Shown one piece after another: positions 8,255 through 17,201 of a stretch of 20,000 nucleotides of DNA. The stretch comes from an uncultured Methanosarcinales archaeon. GTDB taxonomy: Archaea > Nanobdellota > Nanobdellia > Woesearchaeales > CAYVYK01. The stretch spans positions 56,463-76,462 of the forward strand of contig CAYVYK010000001.1 in the NCBI GenBank assembly GCA_964455675.1, given 5' to 3'. The notes under the pieces were generated by a model. The model was not told the DNA's origin. It made no database searches and saw only the letters and a program-made list of their open reading frames with translations. Every line of letters begins with the position of its first letter. The stretch's first letter is position 1. The position numbers and the translations under genes were made by a program.

Positions 8255-10822
8255 TTAGAGATAGTCGAGCTCATCTGCTGGTTTCTCGGATTCAGGGTGC
8301 GGGGGATGGATAATGCTTGGTATTGATCGCGCTGCTTCATGCTGCTCGATGTTGTCATCGATCACGTGCGCTGCTGAGACAATCATGTCACCGTTTTCCA
8401 AGGTCATCAGGCGTACTCCTTGCGTGTTCCTTCCAATCTCTCGAATATCACGGACAGGTGTCCTGATAACGACCCCTTTTTTACTGATGAACATGACCTG
8501 GTCTCCTTCTCGCACGGCAAGGACCGCAACGACTGCTCCGTTCCTCTCGCTGCATTGGATATTGATAACGCCTTGGCCTCCTCGTCTGATGATGCGGTAC
8601 TCTTCGAGTTTGGTGCGTTTGCCAAAACCGCGCTGGGTGATCGTGAGGAGCGATTGATCATCTGGTGCCACGACGATATCGATGACCTTGTCATCGTGTA
8701 CCCTGATGCCGCGTACTCCTCCGGCGGATCGTCCCATGGCACGGACGTCTGTTTCTTTGAATCTTATGGCGTTGCCCTTTGCTGTTGCGAGAAGGACGTG
8801 GTCCGTTCCTGCTGTATTGACGACTCCGATGAGTGAGTCCCCAGGATCGAGTGTGAGTGCAATGATTCCCCCCTTTCGTGGATGCGAGAACGCTTGCACA
8901 TCGGTCTTCTTGACAACTCCTTTCTCGGTTGCCATGATAAGATATCCTTGCTCGAAGTTCTTGAGTGGGATGAATGCGGTAACGACTTCTCCTTCAACGA
9001 GCGGAACAAAGTTTCGGATGCTGCTTCCAAGGGCCTGTCTGCTCGTCTCAGGTAGCTGGTATGTTTTGAGCCAATAGATCTTTCCTTGGTTGCTGAAGAC
9101 AAGGAGGTGATCGAGAGTGTTTGCCACGAATACGTCTTTGATCGTGTCTTCTTCTCGTGTTGCTGCCGCGATGATTCCTTTTCCTCCACGGCGCTGTTCT
9201 CGGTAATATGATAGGGATGTTCTCTTGATATATCCGGTGTGAGTGAATGTAATGACCATATCTTCTGGTTCGATCAGGTCTTCTGCCAATAGTAGAGTAT
9301 CTTCTTCCTCAATGTTGAGGATTTCCGTTCTTCGATCGTCTCCGTAGTTTTCTTTCATCTCTTGTGTTTCCTTCTTGATGATGTCAAGGATCTTGGTTTC
9401 GTCCGCAAGTATTGCTTTAAGTCTAGTGATGAGTTCGAGCAATTCCTGGTGCTCTTTTCGGACGCCTTCCTGCTCCATGCTCGTGAGGCGCTGTAGTCTC
9501 ATTTCAAGGATAGCAAGTGCTTGCTTGTCGGAGAGGCTGAACGTATCGAGCAGTGCTTGCTTTGCTTCCGCAGCATTCTTTGCCTTCCTAATGAGGTTGA
9601 TCGTTTTGTCAAGGTTGTTGAGCGCGATGATGAGTCCTTCAAGGATGTGTGCTCGCGCTTCCGCAGTTTTTCGTTCATACTCTGTTCTCTTTCGTACGAT
9701 CTGCTGCCGGTATGTGATGTATGCCCTAATGAATTCGCGCAAGTTGAGGACTTTAGGCGCGCCATCAACTATGGCGAGCATGATTGCGCCGAACGTGACT
9801 TGCAGATTGGAGTGGTGATAGAGCTGGTTAAGGATGACGTCGGCATTCGCTCCGGTTTTGAGCTCGATGACGATCCGCACGCCGTGCTTGTCTGATTCGT
9901 CGCGCAAATCCGAGATGCCGTCGACGATTTTGTCCTTGATGAGTTCTGCAATGCCTTGCACGAGGAGGGACTTGTTGACCTGGTAAGGTATCTCGGTGAT
10001 GAGAATCTGGCTTTTTCCTTTGTGGTCCTCAACGACAGTCTTGCCGCGGACGAGGATTCTTCCCTTTCCTGTTGTAAAATAATTTCGGATGCCCATGGTA
10101 CCGACGACTTGTCCTCCTGTCGGAAAGTCAGGCCCCTTCATGTGCTTCATGAGCTCGAGTGGTCCAAGTTCAGGATCATCGATAAGCGCGATGATGGCGT
10201 CCGATGCTTCTTTGAGGTTATGTGGTGGAATATTTGTTGCCATGCCGACTGCGATTCCGCTTGAGCCGTTCACAAGCATGTTGGGGAACCTGCTCGGAAG
10301 TACTGAGGGTTCAGTGAGTGTGTCGTCAAAGTTAGGAACATAGAGCACGGTTTCTTTCTCAAGATCTTCGAGGAGCGACTCCGCTGTCCGGGCAAGCTTT
10401 GCTTCAGTGTACCTCATGGCCGCAGGGCTGTCGCCATCCATGCTTCCAAAGTTTCCTTGTCCAAGGATGAGTGGATACCGCAATGAGAAGTCTTGTACCA
10501 TGCGCGCGAGTGCGTCGTATACGGCAAGGTCGCCGTGGGGGTGGAACTTGCCGATAACTTCACCGACGATGCGCGCGCACTTTTTGAATGGCTTGTTTGA
10601 CGCCATCCCAAGTGAATGCATAGCATAGAGAATGCGCCGATGGACTGGCTTTAGGCCGTCCCGAATGTCAGGTAATGCGCGTCCAACAATGACGGACATT
10701 GAGTAATCAAGATAGGAAGTCCTCATCTCGTCTTCGATTTCTCGCGAGATGATATTACCTTGAGGCTGTTCGCTAGCTGCCTTTTCCGTCGATTCTTCCG
10801 GCTGCTGCGGTTCATCTTCCAT
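8255..10822 (-). CDS. gyrA: DNA gyrase subunit A
   Basis: [22 protein letters not shown], catalytic Tyr in AAMRYTE, GyrA-box QRRGGKG, beta-pinwheel repeats (R..GV). Start 10822 preferred over 10837 from the TATA at 10845-10851. Confidence 0.97.
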   Translation of the reverse strand: MEDEPQQPEESTEKAASEQPQGNIISREIEDEMRTSYLDYSMSVIVGRALPDIRDGLKPVHRRILYAMHSLGMASNKPFKKCARIVGEVIGKFHPHGDLAVYDALARMVQDFSLRYPLILGQGNFGSMDGDSPAAMRYTEAKLARTAESLLEDLEKETVLYVPNFDDTLTEPSVLPSRFPNMLVNGSSGIAVGMATNIPPHNLKEASDAIIALIDDPELGPLELMKHMKGPDFPTGGQVVGTMGIRNYFTTGKGRILVRGKTVVEDHKGKSQILITEIPYQVNKSLLVQGIAELIKDKIVDGISDLRDESDKHGVRIVIELKTGANADVILNQLYHHSNLQVTFGAIMLAIVDGAPKVLNLREFIRAYITYRQQIVRKRTEYERKTAEARAHILEGLIIALNNLDKTINLIRKAKNAAEAKQALLDTFSLSDKQALAILEMRLQRLTSMEQEGVRKEHQELLELITRLKAILADETKILDIIKKETQEMKENYGDDRRTEILNIEEEDTLLLAEDLIEPEDMVITFTHTGYIKRTSLSYYREQRRGGKGIIAAATREEDTIKDVFVANTLDHLLVFSNQGKIYWLKTYQLPETSRQALGSSIRNFVPLVEGEVVTAFIPLKNFEQGYLIMATEKGVVKKTDVQAFSHPRKGGIIALTLDPGDSLIGVVNTAGTDHVLLATAKGNAIRFKETDVRAMGRSAGGVRGIRVHDDKVIDIVVAPDDQSLLTITQRGFGKRTKLEEYRIIRRGGQGVINIQCSERNGAVVAVLAVREGDQVMFISKKGVVIRTPVRDIREIGRNTQGVRLMTLENGDMIVSAAHVIDDNIEQHEAARSIPSIIHPPHPESEKPADELDYL

Positions 10823-10936
10823 AATACTTGAAGGCATGGGTCTCTTTATAAGTGTTGTGGTTGAAAAAGGGGGTTATGGCCCGTATAAAGCATGAATTAG
10901 GGGTTTTAACAGCCTCGAAAAATGCCTGATGAGAAG

Positions 10937-10950
10937 GTAAAAAAGCTCAC
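10937..10950 (+). repeat. 14-bp direct repeat GTAAAAAAGCTCAC, copy 2
   Basis: Identical to 6032-6045. Confidence 0.5.
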
Positions 10951-11041
10951 GCATTCATGGTGCACCACGCTGGAGATTCTGCCAAAAGCCTCTAGAGCGG
11001 GCACAGCAACCTTTATAAATCAACCCCGAATCCTTCTCGTC

Positions 11042-11296
11042 ATGGTTGAAGGACGGAAGAAATCGCGCTCAATGCGCAGGGTAAAGGTTGTGACACCGGG
11101 TCATCGTATGGTGATTCATTATGTGTCGCGAACGCCAAGGCAAGCAAGGTGTGCGCTGTCAGGCAAGGCTTTGCATGGTATCCCAAGGGATATGTCAAAG
11201 CTTTCCAAGTCTGAGCGTAGGCCTGAGAGACCGTTTGGCGGTGTTCTATCAAGCGCAAGCGCGAGGCGAACAATAATTCGTATGGTCAGGAAGTGA
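11042..11296 (+). CDS. rpl34e: 50S ribosomal protein L34e
   Basis: SRSMRRVKVVTPG...L.GIP...SKSERRPERPFGGVL; true start 11042 (TATA TTTATAAA at 11012-11019), not 10922. Confidence 0.93.
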   Translation: MVEGRKKSRSMRRVKVVTPGHRMVIHYVSRTPRQARCALSGKALHGIPRDMSKLSKSERRPERPFGGVLSSASARRTIIRMVRK

Positions 11297-11347
11297 CCTC
11301 TCCAGAAGTGTGGGCGACCGCTTCAACAAGTATAGAGGAGGGATAAC

Positions 11348-11674
11348 ATGTTTGATGTTGGACGATGGTGTGTGAAGATTGCCGGCCGTGATGGTGGCAA
11401 GAAGTGTGTTATTGTCGAGAAGATTGATGACACGTTTGTTCTTGTTGATGGAGAAACGAGGAGAAAGCGCTGTAATGTTCTGCATCTTGAACCGCTCACA
11501 TCAATAGCGAGCATCAAGGAAGGCGCATCTCACGAGGAGATTGTCGAGCTCTTCAAAAGTGAGGGTATTACTCTCGCAGAAAAGCGCGTGAAGGAAAAGC
11601 CTGTCAAGGAAGAACTTAAAGAGACGAAGAAAGCAGAGCCAAAAAAGCCAAGAAAGAAAGCGAAGAAAGAATGA
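11348..11674 (+). CDS. rpl14e: 50S ribosomal protein L14e with Lys-rich C-terminal tail
   Basis: DVGRWCVKIAGRDGGKKCVIVEKIDDTFVLVDG...RKRCNVLHLEP (KOW); SD GAGGAGG upstream. Confidence 0.95.
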   Translation: MFDVGRWCVKIAGRDGGKKCVIVEKIDDTFVLVDGETRRKRCNVLHLEPLTSIASIKEGASHEEIVELFKSEGITLAEKRVKEKPVKEELKETKKAEPKKPRKKAKKE

Positions 11675-12186
11675 GACTGTTCATCGCAATCGATCTTAAT
11701 GACAGCCGAGATTTCCTCCTTGCGGCGCAGCAACCGCTAAAGGATGCACACCTTTCATGCCCGAGCGTGTTCCATCTGACGTTGAAGTTTATTGGCGACA
11801 AGGATGATCCTACCGAGATAGCGGATGCACTCGCGAAGATAAGATTTCCTGCATTTTCGTTGACTCTGGAAGGCATGGGTTGTTTTCCGAATGCTCGTAG
11901 CCCAAGAGTTGTGTGGATAGGCGTTGCGCACAATAAGGTATTGATGGATCTTCAGAGAGAGATAGATCGATCGCTCTCGGGTATAGTACCCATGGAGAAG
12001 AGTTATGTTCCTCACGTGACGCTCGCGCGAGTGCGCAATGAATCCATTGATATCCCCCCATTAGTTGAGAGGGGCACAAAGAAGCTAGAAGTGCAAGTTC
12101 GCTCGTTTTTGCTAATGGAGAGCGATCTCTCTGGAGGCCGGCCTGTGTACACGGTGGTACGAGCGTTTCCAGGGGTAGATTTTTAA
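11671..12186 (+). CDS. thpR: RNA 2',3'-cyclic phosphodiesterase / 2'-5' RNA ligase (2H family)
   Basis: MRLFIAID, two HxT motifs (FHLTLKF, PHVTLAR), PRVVWIGV, LMESDL...PVYT; ATGA overlap with rpl14e. Confidence 0.93.
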   Translation: MRLFIAIDLNDSRDFLLAAQQPLKDAHLSCPSVFHLTLKFIGDKDDPTEIADALAKIRFPAFSLTLEGMGCFPNARSPRVVWIGVAHNKVLMDLQREIDRSLSGIVPMEKSYVPHVTLARVRNESIDIPPLVERGTKKLEVQVRSFLLMESDLSGGRPVYTVVRAFPGVDF

Positions 12187-12209
12187 AATCGTGCTGATTG
12201 GTGGAGTGA

Positions 12210-13634
12210 ATGAACGAGTTTCATGATGATGTCGTAATCGGTCTTGAGATTCATGTGGAGCTTGGCACGAAGAGTAAGTTGTTCTGTGCGTGCGCAAATG
12301 AGGCTACGGAAGAAGAACTTCCAAATGCAAGGACGTGCCAAGTCTGTCTCGGTCATCCAGGGTCTAAGCCAGTTCTGAATAAGAAAGCTGTAGAATTCGG
12401 AATTATGCTCGCGCTAGCGACACACTCGAAGATTGCCCCAGAACTTATTTTCTCAAGGAAGTCGTATTTTTATCCTGACCTTTCCAAGAATTACCAGATT
12501 TCCCAGTATGAGATTCCTCTCGCAACAGATGGTTTCATCAAGCTTGCATCAGGAAAGAAGGTCGGAATTGAGCGTATTCATCTTGAAGAGGATCCTGCCG
12601 CACTTGTGCATGCTGGTGGATCCATTGAGAGCGCTAAGTACGTTCTTGTCGATTATAATAGGAGCGGGACCCCGCTTGTGGAGATTGTGACAAGGCCTGA
12701 GCTCTCTTCTCCTGAAGAAGCCCGCGAATTCATGAAGCGGCTCCGGAGCATCTTGGAATACCTCAAGATTTTTCGCCCTGAGGGAACAATTAAGGCTGAC
12801 GTCAATGTCTCGATTAGAGAGGGCGGGTACGTGCGCGCTGAGGTAAAGAACGTAACGGGTTTTCGTGAGATTGAGCGCGCCGTCGAGTATGAGGTTATGA
12901 GGCAGAAGAAGGAGTCAGCTGAGGGAAAGAAGTTCTCGCAGGAGACGCGGGCGTGGAATGCTGCTCTTGGAGCGAGTAGCTTGCTGCGTAAAAAGGAGAC
13001 AGAGTCTGATTATGGGTACATCATTGATGCGGATCTCGTCCGTACCGATATTACAAGTGAGTGGGTGGCAAGGATGAAAAAGCAGGTGCCTGAACTTGCG
13101 GACGAGAAAGCGTTGCGATTTGCAAAGGAATACAGGATCGACGAAAAAGATGCGGAAGTGTTATCCCAGGATCGTTCGCTTGCTGGTTTCTTTGAGGAGA
13201 CTGCGCGACTTTGTCGTCCTGAACTTGCTGCACGTTGGATTCGTCGGGAGCTGACTCGCGTCTTGAACTACCAGAATAAGTCACTTTCTGATATTGCGTT
13301 CACTCCTAAGGAAGTTGCCGTGATACTTCGGCTGATTGACGAGAAAAGGATTAATGAGACAACCGCTCAGCGGCTGATGGAAAAGCTCATGGAAGGGCCA
13401 TATAATATCGAGGATTATGTGAATACTCATGGGCTAGCGATGATTTCTGATGTGAGTGAACTCGCTCGCCTCTGTCGTGAGGCGATTGCCGAAAACGAAA
13501 GGGCTGTCGCGGATTTCAGGGCGGGAAATGAAAAATCGCTTAATTTTGTTATTGGTCAGGTCATGAGAAAATCGAAAGGAAAAGCGACCCCTCAAGAAGT
13601 GGGTAGTATCTTGCGTAAGCTGCTTGCCCTCTGA
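12210..13634 (+). CDS. gatB: Asp/Glu-tRNA amidotransferase subunit B
   Basis: IGLEIHVEL, SKLFC, RKSYFYPDL, YQISQY, HLEED, DYNRSGTPLVEIVT, EVKNV, C-terminal Yqey domain (FVIGQVMRKSKGKA). Confidence 0.96.
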   Translation: MNEFHDDVVIGLEIHVELGTKSKLFCACANEATEEELPNARTCQVCLGHPGSKPVLNKKAVEFGIMLALATHSKIAPELIFSRKSYFYPDLSKNYQISQYEIPLATDGFIKLASGKKVGIERIHLEEDPAALVHAGGSIESAKYVLVDYNRSGTPLVEIVTRPELSSPEEAREFMKRLRSILEYLKIFRPEGTIKADVNVSIREGGYVRAEVKNVTGFREIERAVEYEVMRQKKESAEGKKFSQETRAWNAALGASSLLRKKETESDYGYIIDADLVRTDITSEWVARMKKQVPELADEKALRFAKEYRIDEKDAEVLSQDRSLAGFFEETARLCRPELAARWIRRELTRVLNYQNKSLSDIAFTPKEVAVILRLIDEKRINETTAQRLMEKLMEGPYNIEDYVNTHGLAMISDVSELARLCREAIAENERAVADFRAGNEKSLNFVIGQVMRKSKGKATPQEVGSILRKLLAL

Positions 13635-14839
13635 AACGCGAGGTCCGTTTCTTCAGTGATTCGTGATTCATACGTGTGGATTGTTTCACCCTCGTTCTTT
13701 TCTGTTGAGAAGACATGCATAAGGAGTCTGATGAGTTCTTTTTCTTGTTTCTGATAGGTTAAAGGCAGGAGTTCTGGTTTTGCGTGCGCTTCAAGGAGTT
13801 GTCGCTCCGTCTCTTCAGTTGAAAGTAGTGTTGCGGATATCCCGATGAGTTCGGGACTTGTGAGGGCTGCAGTATTTCTTAGGATCGCGAGCGCCCCACC
13901 TGTCATGAACTGATGGTATATTTTCTTAAAATCAATGTCAGATACCCGGCCGCTCGCGAGCGTTCCTTCGATTCTGATCGTAACGAGCGTTCCTCCGGTG
14001 TTCTCTTTTATGCTGAGGAGTTCTTCGGTGATCTGTGCTGGAGTTTTTCCGTGTGCCTTGACGTTAATGCTTTCGATTGGGAATGGGCGAAGTTTCTCAA
14101 AAGAGATTCGAGTGATGTTGTTGTCGACGGTGACGACGTAATAACCCCCTCCCTTGAGTTCCTCGAGCTCTGAGAATGTGTCGGGAAATAATGGTCCAGG
14201 ATACGCAATGAGGGGATACTCATCAAATTGGTGCTGTGACACTTGGTGGACGTGCCCCGCTGCATAGTAGTTGAATCCTTTCGGAAGCAGCGATAATGGT
14301 TGAGCGTCCATATGGTGATGTCCGAGCTCGTTGATGGACGTGTGGAGCATGAAGATTTTGTAGCCTTCTTCGCGCTCAAGGCTTTCATGATCAAGGATTG
14401 TATAGTAGTTGCGCTCGAGGCTTTTTCGTCGTCCTCCGATGCCTGTTATTTTTGCTCCTGTCTTTGGATCTGTCACAAAGGAGAGGAATAATTTTCCGGT
14501 AGTTTCGTCGTACGTTGCCTGCGATACATCCGTGACGAGTTTTGCTTCTTCAAGGATGCTGATGACGGTTTTTCCTGATGGCGAAAAGTCGTGGCTTCCT
14601 GTGATGATATAGACAGGGATGTTGTTGTCCTTGAGTGTTTGGAGTCGCATCACGGTTGTCCGAAGGCTTTCAAGTGGAGGTATTGCTGTGTGGAATAAGT
14701 CTCCCGCGATGAGGAGGAAGTCTGCGTGTTCATTGATGCATCGCTCGGTAACTTGGCCGAAGAGTTCTGTTGCCACATCTTTTAGTCGTGGATCTCTCCA
14801 GCTTCCGATGTGGCAGTCTGCGATGTGAAAATATTTCAT
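13592..14839 (-). CDS. mre11: DNA double-strand break repair nuclease Mre11 (SbcD family)
   Basis: Metallophosphoesterase motifs HIADCHIG, AGDLFH, GSHD, LH, GHVH, YPG plus capping domain. Confidence 0.9.
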   Translation of the reverse strand: MKYFHIADCHIGSWRDPRLKDVATELFGQVTERCINEHADFLLIAGDLFHTAIPPLESLRTTVMRLQTLKDNNIPVYIITGSHDFSPSGKTVISILEEAKLVTDVSQATYDETTGKLFLSFVTDPKTGAKITGIGGRRKSLERNYYTILDHESLEREEGYKIFMLHTSINELGHHHMDAQPLSLLPKGFNYYAAGHVHQVSQHQFDEYPLIAYPGPLFPDTFSELEELKGGGYYVVTVDNNITRISFEKLRPFPIESINVKAHGKTPAQITEELLSIKENTGGTLVTIRIEGTLASGRVSDIDFKKIYHQFMTGGALAILRNTAALTSPELIGISATLLSTEETERQLLEAHAKPELLPLTYQKQEKELIRLLMHVFSTEKNEGETIHTYESRITEETDLAFQRASSLRKILPTS

Positions 14840-14892
14840 GGCAACCCCGTGATGGTATGAGGAATGGACTTAAACTTAAATGCTTAGTGGTA

Positions 14893-14920
14893 TAAAGAAA
14901 AAGAGGAAAAAGAAAAATAA
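14893..14920 (-). terminator. Pyrimidine/oligo-T-rich archaeal-type terminator region
   Basis: Minus strand TTATTTTTCTTTTTCCTCTTTTTCTTT directly after the stop of the 76-aa gene. Confidence 0.55.
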
Positions 14921-14924
14921 GGCT

Positions 14925-15155
14925 CTAACGTCGAGCCATCTTTGCGCAGGAGATATCGCCCTGCTTGTCAATGAAGTAGAGATAACCTTCTTCTTTCTTG
15001 ACGCCGGCTTTCGCGACAACTTCCTTCTTTCCTTTCTTCTTGTTCTTTCCGCCGCCGCGTGCCATCATGGCTCGTGAGACATTGCCGTTACCATCCACAA
15101 AATAGAGCCATCCTTTTTCCTTCTTGACTCCAACCTTCGCAACTTTTTTTGCCAT
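14925..15155 (-). CDS. Small basic protein with two ~30-aa internal repeats (putative nucleic-acid-binding protein)
   Basis: VAKVGVKKEKGWLYFVDGNGNVSRAMMAR / VAKAGVKKEEGYLYFIDKQGDISCAKMAR; SD GGAGGT, TATA at 15217-15224, T-rich terminator. Confidence 0.85.
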   Translation of the reverse strand: MAKKVAKVGVKKEKGWLYFVDGNGNVSRAMMARGGGKNKKKGKKEVVAKAGVKKEEGYLYFIDKQGDISCAKMARR

Positions 15156-15279
15156 TCTGAATTACCTCCATGAGCGTCAATACGCCCCCACACTGTGAAT
15201 ACCTGAGTGCCACTCCTTTATATACTTTTCGTCTGTGATGTCGTACTTCCTAGACGGTGAATTGATGAGGCATAATACC

Positions 15280-15972
15280 TTACCGACGGATCTCAGTCTT
15301 TATGAGCCGTTCAATCTCAAGTCTTGAGATTGAGCATCCGTCGAGCTTGAGCCCCCAGAGGAGTGCATCAAGGAGTGTGGTTCTCGCATTCTTCTCGGTT
15401 GGCAGAAGTTCCTGGAGAAGGCCAAGTTCATATGCAACAAGCATGAGTTCCGTGCTTCGGATGGGTTTGATGTTTTTCACCATACCGCTGAATTGGTGCA
15501 GTGATTCTTCATTCACAGTGATCGAAGTGTGGTTTTTCTTTTCGAGGATTTTCTGCATCTGGTGGGGGCTTTCGAGCATGAGTCTTGTTGTGCGTTCATC
15601 GATGACGACGGTGGGTATGTCCTTGAGGATGCACGTTGCAAGCGCTTCGGTTTCTCCGCGATGCATGATCTGGATTGGGTGGTCATACGCTAAAAAACTG
15701 GTGTTCGCAGTATCGAGAAGCACCTTCGAGTACTGTGCGATCTCTTTGCTTGGAACGACGCTGAATACTTTTCTGCGTATCTCTCGCGCGACGAGAAGCG
15801 CTTCAAGTTTGAACATTTTAGTCCCGAGTGGCCTATCGACAACCTCATAGTGTACTCCTTCTGGCATGAGAAACTCTCCGCCAAAGCGGGCCTTGAGAGG
15901 CTCAAGTATCCAGAGCATGTTGTTCATGGTAAGGCTGATGATTGGGCTTGCGTCAAAGACCAGGGCTCTCAT
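15280..15972 (-). CDS. PIN-domain protein (VapC/DUF3368-like)
   Basis: ALVFDASPII, V.YEV, HRGETEALA, VIDERTTR and STELMLVAYELG give the acidic-residue pattern of PIN domains. Confidence 0.8.
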   Translation of the reverse strand: MRALVFDASPIISLTMNNMLWILEPLKARFGGEFLMPEGVHYEVVDRPLGTKMFKLEALLVAREIRRKVFSVVPSKEIAQYSKVLLDTANTSFLAYDHPIQIMHRGETEALATCILKDIPTVVIDERTTRLMLESPHQMQKILEKKNHTSITVNEESLHQFSGMVKNIKPIRSTELMLVAYELGLLQELLPTEKNARTTLLDALLWGLKLDGCSISRLEIERLIKTEIRR

Positions 15973-16523
15973 GATTCCCCTCCAAGATTAAACAGTCGTC
16001 GTGCGTAGTTGAGCCTCTTTTGTGCTGAGGGCCCTTCTTCGTACTGTTCTGGTTCTTTGACCTTCCCGATGTAGCTGAGGAGCTCCCATTGGGAGATTCC
16101 CATGAGTTCTGCTGCCCTTCCTATCGAGATGCCGTGTTCATAGATGCTCTGCCCTTTCCTTACCTGTGATCTGCTGATGACTTCTGTGATGTACTGGCTG
16201 ATCTGTGAGTCTGCCTCGCTGATCTTTTTGTAGAGCTGGTGCATGACTCCGTTGTACGCGTCGGTCTTGTCATCGTACAGAAGCGTATGAGCTCTCTTGA
16301 GCATCTGAACGATGTCGCTGTCAAGCTTTGGATTCTTGAACATGATCTTGGACAGGGAGTAAATGATAATGATCATCTGTACTGACATAGGGTCTTGAAA
16401 GACTGCGGCGTTGTGGATGACATAGTTGCTGATATCTTTCAGCTTGTTGACATCGTGCTGTTCAATCGAGAAAAGCGCCTGGTCGATCAGACGGAGAAGG
16501 TCCTGCTTGATCCTGTCATTCAT
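15969..16523 (-). CDS. Helical protein with C-terminal UPF0175-like HTH (putative partner/antitoxin of the PIN protein)
   Basis: C-terminal GISIGRAAELMGISQWELLSY; ATGA overlap with the PIN gene; TATA TTTTTATA at 16548-16555. Confidence 0.72.
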   Translation of the reverse strand: MNDRIKQDLLRLIDQALFSIEQHDVNKLKDISNYVIHNAAVFQDPMSVQMIIIIYSLSKIMFKNPKLDSDIVQMLKRAHTLLYDDKTDAYNGVMHQLYKKISEADSQISQYITEVISRSQVRKGQSIYEHGISIGRAAELMGISQWELLSYIGKVKEPEQYEEGPSAQKRLNYARRLFNLGGES

Positions 16524-16598
16524 GAAGATAGATAAAAGGAAAAACAGTATAAAAACGTTGTTGTTTGCTACGCTGAGCAGCTAACCCGCGATGTTAGT

Positions 16599-17201
16599 CT
16601 ATTCGCCGATAAAGTCTGCTGGCTTCGCTTGGAACTCCTCGTCGGACTTAATGACTCCTCGTACCTTGAGATATTCTCGCGCAAGGATGTAGAACACGAG
16701 TCCGAGGCTCTTTCTTCCCTTGTTATTGCATGGAAGAACGAGGTCGATGAAGTTGGACTGATTGTTGGTGTCGCAGAGTGCGACAACTGGTATCCCAACA
16801 TGCACGGCATCCTGTACAACGTTTCGGTCCGGCCATGCGTCAGCCACAAAGACAAGCTTGAATTCCTTGAACGTTTCGAGATCTGGATTGGTGAGCATTC
16901 CTGGTGGATACCTTCCGGGGATGACTTTGATGCCAGTCATCTTTCCAAGGAGTTTGAGTCCATCCCACCCGTTCTCACGCCTGCAGACCATAAGTATTTC
17001 GTTGGGTTCGTACTTGGCAAGAAACCGTGCGGCTACCCTCAGCCGGTCATCAATTTTCTGCAAGTTGAGGACGCATAAGCCATCCGGTCTCGTCTTGTAG
17101 ATGAAGTTCTCCATGTACTTTGTCTTGAATTTTGTTCCGATGTGAATTCCTGATTTCAAGTAGTCGTCCTGGGGGACGAGGAGCTGTTTTTCTTCTGTCA
17201 T
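16599..17201 (-). CDS. rps2: 30S ribosomal protein S2 (uS2, archaeal type)
   Basis: YLKSGIHIGTK...FIYKTRPDGL, GRYPPGMLTNP, GIPVVALCDTN, DLVLPCNNKGRKSLGLVFYILARE. Start 17201 (SD GGTGA); alternative in-frame ATG at 17228. Confidence 0.96.
   Translation of the reverse strand: MTEEKQLLVPQDDYLKSGIHIGTKFKTKYMENFIYKTRPDGLCVLNLQKIDDRLRVAARFLAKYEPNEILMVCRRENGWDGLKLLGKMTGIKVIPGRYPPGMLTNPDLETFKEFKLVFVADAWPDRNVVQDAVHVGIPVVALCDTNNQSNFIDLVLPCNNKGRKSLGLVFYILAREYLKVRGVIKSDEEFQAKPADFIGE

Noticed and set aside
8233..8358. N-terminal extension of the methyltransferase ORF
   Set aside because: Overlaps the gyrA 3' end in another frame; ATG 8232 is more plausible
27..10822. Inteins in RtcB or GyrA, both known intein hosts
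   Set aside because: Both proteins have normal length and continuous motifs, with no intein-like insertion
10852..11010. Possible tRNA or sRNA in the gyrA-rpl34e spacer
   Set aside because: No cloverleaf, T-loop motif or convincing stem found by eye
10922..11041. N-terminal extension of L34e
   Set aside because: A TATA box at 11012-11019 and L34e similarity starting at 11042 indicate the shorter gene
27..12186. rtcB and thpR as a dedicated RNA-repair system
   Set aside because: They are 10 kb apart in separate transcription units, and both are common archaeal housekeeping genes
14925..15155. Assignment of the small basic protein to Cren7, CC1, Sul7d or Alba
   Set aside because: The sequence does not match the motifs I recall for those families, so it is left unnamed
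16565..16598. Two short hairpins after the rps2 stop
   Set aside because: Stems of about 5 bp are too weak to call; at most a 3' UTR or terminator element
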